A stretch of 64,000 bases of DNA from positions 6,336,001 through 6,400,000 of the forward strand of contig OZ244999.1 of assembly GCA_965223265.1 (NCBI GenBank), read 5' to 3'. This DNA comes from Planctomycetota bacterium. GTDB taxonomy: Bacteria > Planctomycetota > UBA8108 > SXIK01. Each line of letters starts with the position of its first letter. The first letter of the stretch is position 1. Both the position numbers and the translations under genes were made by a program. Of the stretch, positions 29,708-39,132 are shown piece after piece. The notes beneath the pieces were generated by a model. That model was not told the origin of the DNA, ran no database searches, and saw nothing but the letters and a program-made list of their open reading frames with translations.

Positions 29708-31114
29708 TCAGGGTGAGAACGCAATCCCGCTCACGGGAGCGCCAGCATCGAAAGGGCTCCCCGTGGCGGCCGTCAGTTCGCCCGCGGCGCCGACGACGAA
29801 AATCTCGAGTGCCTCCGACGTCGTCGTCCCGACGACAACGATCGGTCCGGCCGTGGCAATCGCGAACGCCGGACCGCCGAGGCCAAACGGCGACAGGACG
29901 GCCTCTGAGGGCGCACCCAGGGCGTCCGTCACCAGGGACACCACGGCCGCGACGCTACCGCGCACCCCGACGATGGTGGTGCCGCTCACCGCGAGCGCCT
30001 CCACGGCCGCGCCCGAAATCGTAAATGGTGAACCGGCGAGAGCAGTCAACGCCCCGCTCGATTCCATCGTGAACGCACTGACCGAGCTAACGTCCCGGTG
30101 CGAAGCGTAGAGAGTCGTCCCGAGCTGCGTCAGCGCGATAGGGGAATCGAGCCCCCCACCCGTAAACGGCGATGCCGCGTTCGTCAGTAGCTGACCTTCC
30201 GAGCCGATGTCGAAGATCAAGATTTCGTCTGTGATCTCGCTGGCGGCGTAAAGCGTACCCGCACGCCGAGCGAGAGCGGTGGCACCGTCGGCCAAAACAC
30301 CACTATGAGGGCTGAGTGAGAGGGCGCCGGTGCTACCGTCGAAATCGAAGACCGTAATCGTCTCGCTCCCGGAGTTAAGAACGAAGACGTGGTCGTCGGC
30401 CGCTGCGACGTGACTCGCCTCGAGGCCGTCGGTTGCAAACGGCGATCCGAGCACAGGCGAGAGCTCACGATTGAGTTCGTCGAGAGCCAAGACCGCGACA
30501 TCGCCCGAGTCGGTGTGCGTGATGAGAAAGTAGTCACCGACGAGCAGGATAGAGTGGGCTGCGTTGCCGCCCGTCCCGAGGCCGCTAAGGAACTCGGTTT
30601 CGCCCGTTGCGACGTTGGTCAAATAGAGACTCGCAAACCCCGTCACGCCTTCATCGGCGACGACCATGAAGCGACTGTTGTGGAGCTCCATCCCATCGGT
30701 CGTATCCGAGAAACCGTTGTTCGGTTTGACTCGGAGGAAAACCGCGTCGAGACGTTCGCCTGGCAGATCGCTCTGCGAGTCCCAAACGAACGAATACGAT
30801 TCTCCAAGCTCACTCACCATGAGGCCGCTGGTCGGATCGCCGCCGGCGCCCGGAGTCGCCTGTTGAAACACCGAGCCGTTGGTGCTGTAGGTGACGTCGA
30901 CGTCGACGAGGTTGCCGTCGTCGCCTCTCAGCGTGTACGCCAGCACGACATCACCACTCTGCACGCCAGCCGGCGTTGTGACGCTCGCAGAAGAACGGGC
31001 TCCACTGCCGAAGAGGCTATCGGAATCACAGCCGACGTGAAGACCAGCGAAGCAAAAAACAGAGAGCAAAAGTCGAACCCTGACTTGCTGGCGCTTCACG
31101 TCACCCTTCCGCAC
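29708..31114 (-). CDS. Putative lipoprotein with a lactonase-like beta-propeller
   Basis: Lipobox-like HVGC and repeated G.LT...GSPF..G blades. Confidence 0.65.
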   Translation of the reverse strand: MRKGDVKRQQVRVRLLLSVFCFAGLHVGCDSDSLFGSGARSSASVTTPAGVQSGDVVLAYTLRGDDGNLVDVDVTYSTNGSVFQQATPGAGGDPTSGLMVSELGESYSFVWDSQSDLPGERLDAVFLRVKPNNGFSDTTDGMELHNSRFMVVADEGVTGFASLYLTNVATGETEFLSGLGTGGNAAHSILLVGDYFLITHTDSGDVAVLALDELNRELSPVLGSPFATDGLEASHVAAADDHVFVLNSGSETITVFDFDGSTGALSLSPHSGVLADGATALARRAGTLYAASEITDEILIFDIGSEGQLLTNAASPFTGGGLDSPIALTQLGTTLYASHRDVSSVSAFTMESSGALTALAGSPFTISGAAVEALAVSGTTIVGVRGSVAAVVSLVTDALGAPSEAVLSPFGLGGPAFAIATAGPIVVVGTTTSEALEIFVVGAAGELTAATGSPFDAGAPVSGIAFSP

Positions 31115-31633
31115 TGTCCTTGGTCTCTTGACGATACCCTCACCTCCAGCACATGTATCGGCTCGATCAAGACGAGCCCATGGCCCTTCGGGAAAGCGCA
31201 GTTTTATCGCTCTCGCGGCGACGAAACCTGAGTTCGCGCCTTGTCTGGGCGGGCTCAGTTGCCCCCTTTCGAGTGCTCGGCTCCGTCGCAGGCCTGTCTA
31301 CGACTGTGTGTTACGACAAGCGGTCGCCGCCGGTGCGGCAACGGACTCGAGAACCCGGCGAAGGATGCTGGTCGCACGGGGGCCGGAGCGGTTAAAATGC
31401 GCATCGGTTATGGGTTGGATGCAGGCCTTCAGCGATTGCGGCTCGCGGGGTTATCGACCGCAATCGAAGCCCGCGATGTCGTGATTTTCGGGTTGGAGTC
31501 GGGAACTGATCGTCCTCGTGCATCAGTGGCCAGCTTGGCCACGGCGCGCGAGTAGGTCGCTAGCTCGTCGGCGGGTCGCGCCATAGACGTTTTGGCGGTG
31601 TCACGAGTTCGTGGCTTCTTGCGAGGAAGAAAA

Positions 31634-32839
31634 ATGAAAACGACCAGTGTGTCGTGGTATGCGCTGATCTTAGGTCTGGGTCTCGGCTGCAGCGGTTTCC
31701 TGGTTCCGGTGTACGGTCAGGGTGGATACGTTGACGTGCAAGGTCCGCCAGTCGTTGGTAATGGATTCACCAACGGCGCCGGGGCTACGCTCGGACGTCT
31801 GTTCGTTCGTGTTGGTGGCGTGGACGCGGACGCGGAACCGGGCGCCCCCACCATACCGCTAGAATTCAATCTGACGTCAAGCCAATTGAGGGTCGAGCCA
31901 ACCACGTGCGCCTCCGCGGCGGACAGTCGCTGTGACCCCTCTGGAGTCGGCAAAGCGGGTGTCATGGGATACCCGACAGGCACGTCAACGGCGTTCATGT
32001 TTCTGCGCCTGGCGGGCGCCGTGTACCTGCCCTACGATCAACCGCCACGCGTCGCCGGGTCGTCACTCGAGCTAGCCCTCGAGGGCGGACTCAACATTGG
32101 CATCGGGGCACAGCCCGGAGATCGATTTCGCCTTCGCCTTGCCGTCGCGGACCCGGAAAAACTGCGCCGATGGGGCGGAGAGGTGATTCAAGGAAACAGA
32201 CCGTACGATGTCGGCACTGGCTGCGCACTGCTCTACCAGGACGCACTCGCGTTCCGTTTCCCGGGCGTCATCGAAGGCGTGGTCCAAATGAATGACGGAG
32301 ACGCGATCGTGCTCGAGTGCGAGACGGCCACCTGGGTCGCCAGTCAAGATGTCCCCGGGCGCACCGTGACCCTCGAGCCAGATGGCGACGCAGCACGCGC
32401 TGCAGGCCTCCGAGAGGGTGTCTTTTGCCTCCTGCACATCAACTACTCGGGGCTGCCGCGGCTTTCTCGCGTCTTCCCTGATGCGGTTGCCGACGACGTC
32501 GAGATCGTGCAGACAACCGTCGAAGCCGGACCGGTTTTCGCCCGCGGCGATTGTAACGGTGACGGCGATTCCACGTCGGGTTTGAGCGACGCCGTCTTTC
32601 TTCTCAGTTTCAATTTTTCTGCCGACGCGGCGCGACCTCCCTGTTTAGCTGCCTGCGACGCGGACGCCGACGGCGATGTCGAAGGACAGGTGACTGACGC
32701 GCTCTTCTTGCTCAACCACGCGTTTGCTTCGGGAGCCGCGCCACCCGCGCCTTTTCCGTACTGCGGGTTAGAGCCGGAGGGTCTGGCGAGCATCGCGCTT
32801 GGCTGTGACGAAGTCCCGGCGTGTCCAGAGCGTAGCTGA
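31634..32839 (+). CDS. Exported protein with a C-terminal dockerin-like domain
   Basis: Signal peptide; FARGDCNGDG...SDAV...ACDADADG...PFPYCG. Confidence 0.7.
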   Translation: MKTTSVSWYALILGLGLGCSGFLVPVYGQGGYVDVQGPPVVGNGFTNGAGATLGRLFVRVGGVDADAEPGAPTIPLEFNLTSSQLRVEPTTCASAADSRCDPSGVGKAGVMGYPTGTSTAFMFLRLAGAVYLPYDQPPRVAGSSLELALEGGLNIGIGAQPGDRFRLRLAVADPEKLRRWGGEVIQGNRPYDVGTGCALLYQDALAFRFPGVIEGVVQMNDGDAIVLECETATWVASQDVPGRTVTLEPDGDAARAAGLREGVFCLLHINYSGLPRLSRVFPDAVADDVEIVQTTVEAGPVFARGDCNGDGDSTSGLSDAVFLLSFNFSADAARPPCLAACDADADGDVEGQVTDALFLLNHAFASGAAPPAPFPYCGLEPEGLASIALGCDEVPACPERS

Positions 32840-33009
32840 GACAAAAGAGCAATAGATCACGCTGCGCGGCGCTTCCCGAGCCCTGTCCAACGTGGCAGAA
32901 AGTTTCCCAAGTCGGACGGATGGGGACCCGAGCAGGATCGCGCCCGAGTCGCTCCTTGCTTCGACGCTCCTGGCGCTGGCAGGCTCGACGCGAAATGGCC
33001 AAACTCGAG

Positions 33010-34404
33010 CTAAGGACGGTATTCGAACGTTTCGAGCATGGCGCGGCGCGGTTGCAACCACCACTCGTCGTCGACGCGGCTCCAGGTCTCAAGCAGCGCC
33101 CGCCCGCTGTCGGCCAAGAGCACCATTGCGGCCACGGTGTGGCGCTCCTCGTCCACCCACCGAATCTCGTGAACGTCGGCGCTGCGGCCCAGCAATCTCC
33201 CCAGCCGCCGGCGGACGCGGTCGCCGCGAAAAGGTCGCTCAACGTCGGCGCGCGCGTCGACGAATCCCTCGACGCCGCGACGCTCTCGCACGGCGGAGTG
33301 GAACGCCTCGATTCTTGTCGTCACGGTACGGGCGACTTCTGGGTCAACTCGCGGCTGAGCTCGAAACTTCGCTGCTGCGCCGCTGACACCGGGAAGCAAC
33401 GCCGACGACGCTTGTTCGGCGTTCGCCTGACGTCGTGCGACAAATTGCCAGGCGCCGACGCCACCAGCAAGCGCGACGAGCACGAACAGGAAACCCATGA
33501 GAGGGACATGCCGGCGACGCGTCTGTTCCAACCCTCCTGACGACACGAGCTTGTTGACTCTCTCTACGGCACGCGGCACCGATTGAACTCGCTTGCGAGC
33601 GTCCTTTCGCATCAGCTCGTGGATCAAACGAGACAGCGGCTCGCTGACACCCGAGGCGACAAGGTGCGGCGGCCGGAGCGGTTCCTTCACGACTTTCCAT
33701 ACGGCTTCGATCGTACCGTCAGCGTCAAACGGAGGCACTCCTGTCACCATGTGGTAGAGAGTCGCGCCGAGCGAATAGACGTCGGTACGCTCGTCGAGCT
33801 TCTTGCCGAGAGCTTGCTCGGGCGACATGAAGGCAGGAGAGCCGACGATGGTGCCAGTCCGCGACAAGCTGGCGTCGCCTTCGAGGACACGCGCCAGGCC
33901 GAAATCGACAATTTTCACGTGCCCTTCGTTCGAAATGAGAATGTTGTCCGGCTTGATGTCTCGGTGAATGATGCCTTTCGAGTGTGCGTGAGCAATGCCC
34001 GCAGCGGCGACGCGGAAGATCTTGATCGCCTCTGCCGACGTGAGACGTCCGGTTCGTTTGATGCGTGCGCCGAGACTCTCCCCTTCGACGTATTGCATGA
34101 CGATGTAATAGACGCCATTTTGCTCGCCCGCATCGTAGACGCTGACGATAGCGGGATGGTCGAGGCTCGCAGTCGCCCGCGCCTCGCGGATGAATCTGTC
34201 GACGGCGTTGACGTCCGTCGGCAGGTTCGTTCGCAGGAGCTTGACCGCGACGCGTTTGTTGAGCGTCTGATGACGAGCCAAATAGACCATGCCCATGCCG
34301 CCTTCGCCGAGCTTCCGCTCGAGGACACACTGCCCGATGCGTTTGCCCGCGGCGGCGTCTCGCTGCTCCACCCCGGAACTACTCGACGAACGACTTTCTG
34401 ACAT
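33010..34404 (-). CDS. Membrane Ser/Thr protein kinase
   Basis: GEGGMG, VAVK, HRDIKPDN, DFG and SPE motifs; one TM segment. Confidence 0.92.
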   Translation of the reverse strand: MSESRSSSSSGVEQRDAAAGKRIGQCVLERKLGEGGMGMVYLARHQTLNKRVAVKLLRTNLPTDVNAVDRFIREARATASLDHPAIVSVYDAGEQNGVYYIVMQYVEGESLGARIKRTGRLTSAEAIKIFRVAAAGIAHAHSKGIIHRDIKPDNILISNEGHVKIVDFGLARVLEGDASLSRTGTIVGSPAFMSPEQALGKKLDERTDVYSLGATLYHMVTGVPPFDADGTIEAVWKVVKEPLRPPHLVASGVSEPLSRLIHELMRKDARKRVQSVPRAVERVNKLVSSGGLEQTRRRHVPLMGFLFVLVALAGGVGAWQFVARRQANAEQASSALLPGVSGAAAKFRAQPRVDPEVARTVTTRIEAFHSAVRERRGVEGFVDARADVERPFRGDRVRRRLGRLLGRSADVHEIRWVDEERHTVAAMVLLADSGRALLETWSRVDDEWWLQPRRAMLETFEYRP

Positions 34405-34752
34405 GCTCTTTTCCCAGTGCGCCTAGTCTCATCGCCCTCCTACCCAAGAATAGAGGATGTCGCCGCGACGGACCACCAACCCGAAAATTCCCACACCCGC
34501 AGAGCCGCCGAAACAGCGTTGGGAGCATCGTACGGCCGAAAGAATTGCCTATCGTTTGGCGCCACACGATCCGAACCGATCCCACTGCTCCCCGTTAACG
34601 GACGATCGAGTCGAACGATTCTCGGCCCATCGAAGTCGCGGCGCAGCAGTCCGAGAGGCGCAGCAGCCGACGCTCTCTTGAACGCTCTACGGCGCACGAA
34701 CCGATGTTTTGCTCGCCTTGATTCTGTCACATTGAGGCTATACTTTGCCGTC

Positions 34753-37700
34753 ATGAAGCCCGCGCTCCAGCAGCTCCAAACGCTGTGCCCAGCCGTCGAA
34801 GCGGATCTCATTCGCGAACACTTGCGCCGGTTGGATGAGGAATACTTCGAACGATTCTCACTCTCGGAGATCGCCAAGCATCTTGAGCGGCTCGGTCGTC
34901 TGTCGAGAAAGAATCCCGTCGAAGTCATTTTGAAACGCCATGACGGCCAGGCGTTCGATTGTACGGTTCTGGCGTTCGACTACGACGCGGAGTTTTCGCT
35001 CATCGCAGGCATCTTGTTCGGCAACGGAGTCAACATTCAGTCTGGCGACGTCTTCACCTACGCGAAAGCACGCCAGCAGGCAAGGCCTCGCAGCCGCCGC
35101 TTTCCTTGGACTCGCGGTCAGCGAGAGAACCTGCTGTCGCGGCGGCGTATCATCGATCACATCGTCGGGCGTTTGGTCACCACCGAACCGTGGGAGGATT
35201 GGTCCACACGCTTCATAGAACAGCTGCAGGCGGTGATTTCGCTCCTTGAAGCCGGGGACAAGGCGTCCATTGAGGAAGCAAAGCATCGAGTCAACGAGAG
35301 AGTCACGCGCCGATTGGTCGACTCGCAGTCGTCCGGTCACGACGTGCTTTATCCCGTGTCGCTCGAGATCGACACAGAATCAAGCGGGAACACCCGCCTC
35401 AAAGTAGAGTCACAGGATACTCCGGCGTTCCTGTACGCCTTGACGACTGCGCTGTCACTGCACCAATTGTCGATTGACCATGTCCAAATTCGCACAAGCG
35501 CAGGACACGTCGCCGACGAGATCGACATCGTCGGACCCGACGACCAGCCGGTGACGGACCCACGAGTGCTTGACAAGATTCGTCTCTCGGTGGTCCTGAC
35601 GAAGCAGTTCACCTATTTTCTTGATCGAGCGCCGGACCCATACTCAGCGCTGTCGAGATTCGAGCAGCTCGTGGTCGAGATCCTACGCCTCCCAGAGGGC
35701 GACGATTGGGCCAAGCGCCTGTCAAACCCGAAAGCTATGAAGCACCTCGCTCGTTTGCTCGGCGCCAGTGATTTTCTTTGGGAAGACTTCATTCGTCTGC
35801 AGTACGAGGCGCTCCTGCCAGTGCTCGCATCTGCTTCGGAGACATCCGAGGCCAGCACCGCGAGGCATGATGCGGCGGAGTTGTCGCGGCGTCTCGAGCA
35901 AGGACTTGAGTCCTGCGGTTCGCTCGCGGAGCGCATCGCGTGCGTCAACAAGTTCAAAGATCGAGAGATCTTTCGCCTCGATCTCGATCACATCCTGGAC
36001 GACTCCGTTGACTTTCGGCAGCTCGCCGAGCAGTTGACTGAGCTGGCCGAAATCGTCATTCAGGCGATCGCAGACATTCTCTACGCCGAGCTTCTCCAGC
36101 GCCATGGCACACCGCGAACGGTTGCAGGACTGCCAGCGTCCTACGCCGTGTTCGGCCTCGGAAAACTAGGCGGAGCCGCGCTTGGGTACGCCTCAGACAT
36201 CGAGCTTCTTCTCGTCTACAGCGACACCGGAACGACAGACGGCGACAACGCAGTAAGCAACGCCGAATTTTTCAGCGATCTGATGCGAGAAATCGCGCAA
36301 GCGATCCAGGCGAAGCGCGAGGGAATTTTTCACGTCGACCTGCGACTACGTCCGTACGGAAACGCTGGCCCCATGGCCTGCAGCTTAGCGAACTTTTGCG
36401 AGTATTACGGGCCGGGCGGCGCAGCGCATTCGTTTGAGCGTCTCGCCTTGGTCCGACTCCGAGCCGTGGCTGGGGATCGCAAACTTGGCTCACAGGTGAC
36501 TCGCTTGCGCGACGAATTCATCTACCGGTCCCCAAGTATCGTCGTCGAAGAGCTACAGGAACTGCGAGCGCGTCAGTTCGAAGAGAAGAATGAACCTGGC
36601 CGATACAACGCCAAATTCAGCCCGGGTGCTCTCGTAGATCTCGAGTACACTGTGCAGATTTTACAGCTACACTACGCGTCCGAGCACGACGACCTACGCA
36701 CACCGCGCATCCACAAAGCGCTCAATGCGCTACAGAAAGCGGGTGTTCTCGAGCCGATCGAAAGCGAACGTCTAACGTCGGCGTACGACTTTCTGCGGCG
36801 GCTCATCAACGGGCTACGCATGCTTCGTGGTTCGGCCAAGGATCTCTTCCTACCGCCGTCAGACTCTATCGAGTTCGTCCACCTCGCACGCCGCATGGGA
36901 TACCAGTCGACTGATGGGCTCGGCCCAGCTGATCAGCTGCTTCTTGAGTTCTCAACGCAGACGGCGACGGTGCGCACGTTTGTCGAGAAGCGCATGGGGC
37001 GTGCAGCGCTACCGGGTCCGCTCATGGGCAACATTGCGGATCTCATCCTCTCAGACGATCCAGCGCCCGAACTGTGCGAGAAAGTACTTCGTGATGCAGG
37101 ATTCAAGCACCCGCAGCGCGCCCTCGCCGGCCTCCAAGCGCTTGCCGCGCGCACGACGAACAAGCGACAGTTCGCACGCCTGGCGGTGCTCGCCGTCGAC
37201 AAACTTCGTCGCGAACCGAACCCGGACATGGCTCTCAACAACCTGGACCGTTTCGGCGTCGACGGCCAGGATCACGAGGCGCACTACGCTGCCTTACTCG
37301 AACAACCGACCAGACTCGAGATCCTGCTCGGCATCTTCTCGCGCAGCCAGTTTCTCGCCGATGTTTTGATTCGAAACCGTGAGTTTTACGATTGGGTAAC
37401 GACGCCGCAAAACCTTCACGAACCCAGAAAACGCAGTCAGCTCGTGCGCGAGTTACGAGCACGCGCCGAAGCGTCTGACTCACATGACGCGTGGCTAGGA
37501 GAATTACGACTGTTTCGTCGGCGGGAGCTTCTTCGCATCGGAACGCGAGACATGTTCCTAAGAGTGAGCACACCTGAAGTGATGCAGGAACTCACGACAC
37601 TCGCCGAGGCACTGGTCGACGCCGACCTCGAACAAGTTTGGAAGGAGCTGGTGCGCAGCGGTCAAGTCCGCAGCGATGAGCTCGAAGCGCTGGCGTCGAA

Positions 37701-38592
37701 CTTCTCAGTGCTTGCCTTCGGCAAGCTCGGCGGTCGAGAGCTCAACTACAGCTCCGACATCGATTTGATTGGAATCTATCACGACACTTCCGACGTAGGC
37801 ACACCCGCGCAGGGGACTGCCGTCGAACCCAACCCGTTCGCAGCCGCGATGTCGATGCTCCGTGAGGATCTCTCGAAGCACACCGAGGAAGGCTACGCCT
37901 ATCGCGTCGATCTTCGCTTACGACCCTACGGCCGTTCGGGCGAGCTCGTCTCGACCGTGGAGGGACTCGTCTCTTACTACGAGGAGACAGCTCGCGTGTG
38001 GGAGATCCAGGCGCTGCTCAAACTACGGCCCATTGCCGGCAATTTGGATGTCGGATACGAACTCCTCGAGCGGCTCTATCCCGTCTTGGTACGCCGGCGC
38101 GACCCGAGCCAGGTCACGCTCTCAATCCAGGAACTGCGCGAAGAAGCGATCCGCAACTCGCAGACGCGGACGCTGGGATCTGGCGTCGACGTCAAGAACG
38201 GTCCTGGGGGCATCCGGGACGTGGAGTTTCTGGTGCAGGGGTTGCAACTCATCCATGTTGCCGACCACCCGACTCTACTCGGGAGCAACACCCTTCAGGT
38301 TCTCAGGGCGCTTGAGGACGCTCGCATTCTGGATGCCGAGACATGTAGCGATTTACGACGCGATTATTTGTTCCTGCGACGAGTCGAACACTACTTGCAG
38401 ATTCTACACGACCGGCAAATCCACTCGCTGCCAGTCGACGTCGACGAGCTGGAGGCTCTGGCGAGGCGAGTGCTCGGACGGAAAACGACCGCCGCCGCGT
38501 TCACGGAGGAGCTACAGTCTCGCTTCGACCGCATCTATGCGACGCACGTAGCTCGACTGTTCCCGGACCGAACAGCAACGCAAAGGTCATAG
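34753..38592 (+). CDS. glnE: Glutamine synthetase adenylyltransferase/deadenylase with N-terminal GlnD-like ACT domains
   Basis: Two nucleotidyltransferase motifs (GKLGG..L.Y.SDI) and VDLRLRPYG twice; ACT-like segments at the N-terminus; likely start ATG 34753. Confidence 0.88.
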   Translation: MKPALQQLQTLCPAVEADLIREHLRRLDEEYFERFSLSEIAKHLERLGRLSRKNPVEVILKRHDGQAFDCTVLAFDYDAEFSLIAGILFGNGVNIQSGDVFTYAKARQQARPRSRRFPWTRGQRENLLSRRRIIDHIVGRLVTTEPWEDWSTRFIEQLQAVISLLEAGDKASIEEAKHRVNERVTRRLVDSQSSGHDVLYPVSLEIDTESSGNTRLKVESQDTPAFLYALTTALSLHQLSIDHVQIRTSAGHVADEIDIVGPDDQPVTDPRVLDKIRLSVVLTKQFTYFLDRAPDPYSALSRFEQLVVEILRLPEGDDWAKRLSNPKAMKHLARLLGASDFLWEDFIRLQYEALLPVLASASETSEASTARHDAAELSRRLEQGLESCGSLAERIACVNKFKDREIFRLDLDHILDDSVDFRQLAEQLTELAEIVIQAIADILYAELLQRHGTPRTVAGLPASYAVFGLGKLGGAALGYASDIELLLVYSDTGTTDGDNAVSNAEFFSDLMREIAQAIQAKREGIFHVDLRLRPYGNAGPMACSLANFCEYYGPGGAAHSFERLALVRLRAVAGDRKLGSQVTRLRDEFIYRSPSIVVEELQELRARQFEEKNEPGRYNAKFSPGALVDLEYTVQILQLHYASEHDDLRTPRIHKALNALQKAGVLEPIESERLTSAYDFLRRLINGLRMLRGSAKDLFLPPSDSIEFVHLARRMGYQSTDGLGPADQLLLEFSTQTATVRTFVEKRMGRAALPGPLMGNIADLILSDDPAPELCEKVLRDAGFKHPQRALAGLQALAARTTNKRQFARLAVLAVDKLRREPNPDMALNNLDRFGVDGQDHEAHYAALLEQPTRLEILLGIFSRSQFLADVLIRNREFYDWVTTPQNLHEPRKRSQLVRELRARAEASDSHDAWLGELRLFRRRELLRIGTRDMFLRVSTPEVMQELTTLAEALVDADLEQVWKELVRSGQVRSDELEALASNFSVLAFGKLGGRELNYSSDIDLIGIYHDTSDVGTPAQGTAVEPNPFAAAMSMLREDLSKHTEEGYAYRVDLRLRPYGRSGELVSTVEGLVSYYEETARVWEIQALLKLRPIAGNLDVGYELLERLYPVLVRRRDPSQVTLSIQELREEAIRNSQTRTLGSGVDVKNGPGGIRDVEFLVQGLQLIHVADHPTLLGSNTLQVLRALEDARILDAETCSDLRRDYLFLRRVEHYLQILHDRQIHSLPVDVDELEALARRVLGRKTTAAAFTEELQSRFDRIYATHVARLFPDRTATQRS

Positions 38593-38678
38593 ACGCTCCG
38601 ACAAGTCGCAGTCGGCCCTATGCGGAAGTTTCAGGCCACCAACGACGCCCATCGGAAGACGAAATGCCGCAAGAACTT

Positions 38679-38708
38679 TTGCGGTTGCGGGGCTGTGAGG
38701 CGTATGCT
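38679..38708 (+). promoter_or_regulatory. Possible sigma70 promoter of tRNA-His
   Basis: TTGCGG-N18-TATGCT, about 30 bp upstream of the tRNA. Confidence 0.35.
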
Positions 38709-38740
38709 ACAAGTCGTGCCTTCACACTCGTCGCACCTCT

Positions 38741-38819
38741 GGTGGGTGTAGCTCAGTTGGTTTAGAGCGCCAGGTTGTGGTCCTGGAGGTCGCGGGTTCG
38801 ATTCCCGTCACCCACCCCA
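38741..38819 (+). tRNA. tRNA-His (GTG)
   Basis: G-1, GTGGGTG/CACCCAC acceptor stem, CCAGG-ttGTGgt-CCTGG anticodon arm, GTTCGATT T-loop, C discriminator and encoded CCA. Confidence 0.97.
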
Positions 38820-39132
38820 CTCTCCCGTCCTCCCAAGCCTCGAAGTGCGGCATGGGATGACGCAGAAGAGCGACGTTGTGCTGACACTACGGAACAACAC
38901 GCTTCTTTGCGTGACGCTGTCAGGACATTAGAAGCTTCGCGCGGCTCGGTCGATCGAGAGGCACGGAGCGCGATACGGGCAATTCGGTCAGCCTGGAGTG
39001 TGGCGCGTCTGGATCGCAGTAGCGCCGCAGTAGAAACTCCAACGACTCACCGGTTAAGATGTCGTCGCCTTCATCGCGACGCTTACTTCGAGGGGGGCGC
39101 AGCGAATCCTGCGCAAGACCGGGAGGGGACGA

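Noticed and set aside
34417-34752. N-terminal extension of GlnE
   Set aside because: It does not look protein-like and occupies the divergent promoter region; ATG 34753 is more plausible.
38741-38819. tRNA-His as an integration site for a genomic island
   Set aside because: No integrase and no duplicated tRNA 3' end were seen in the window.
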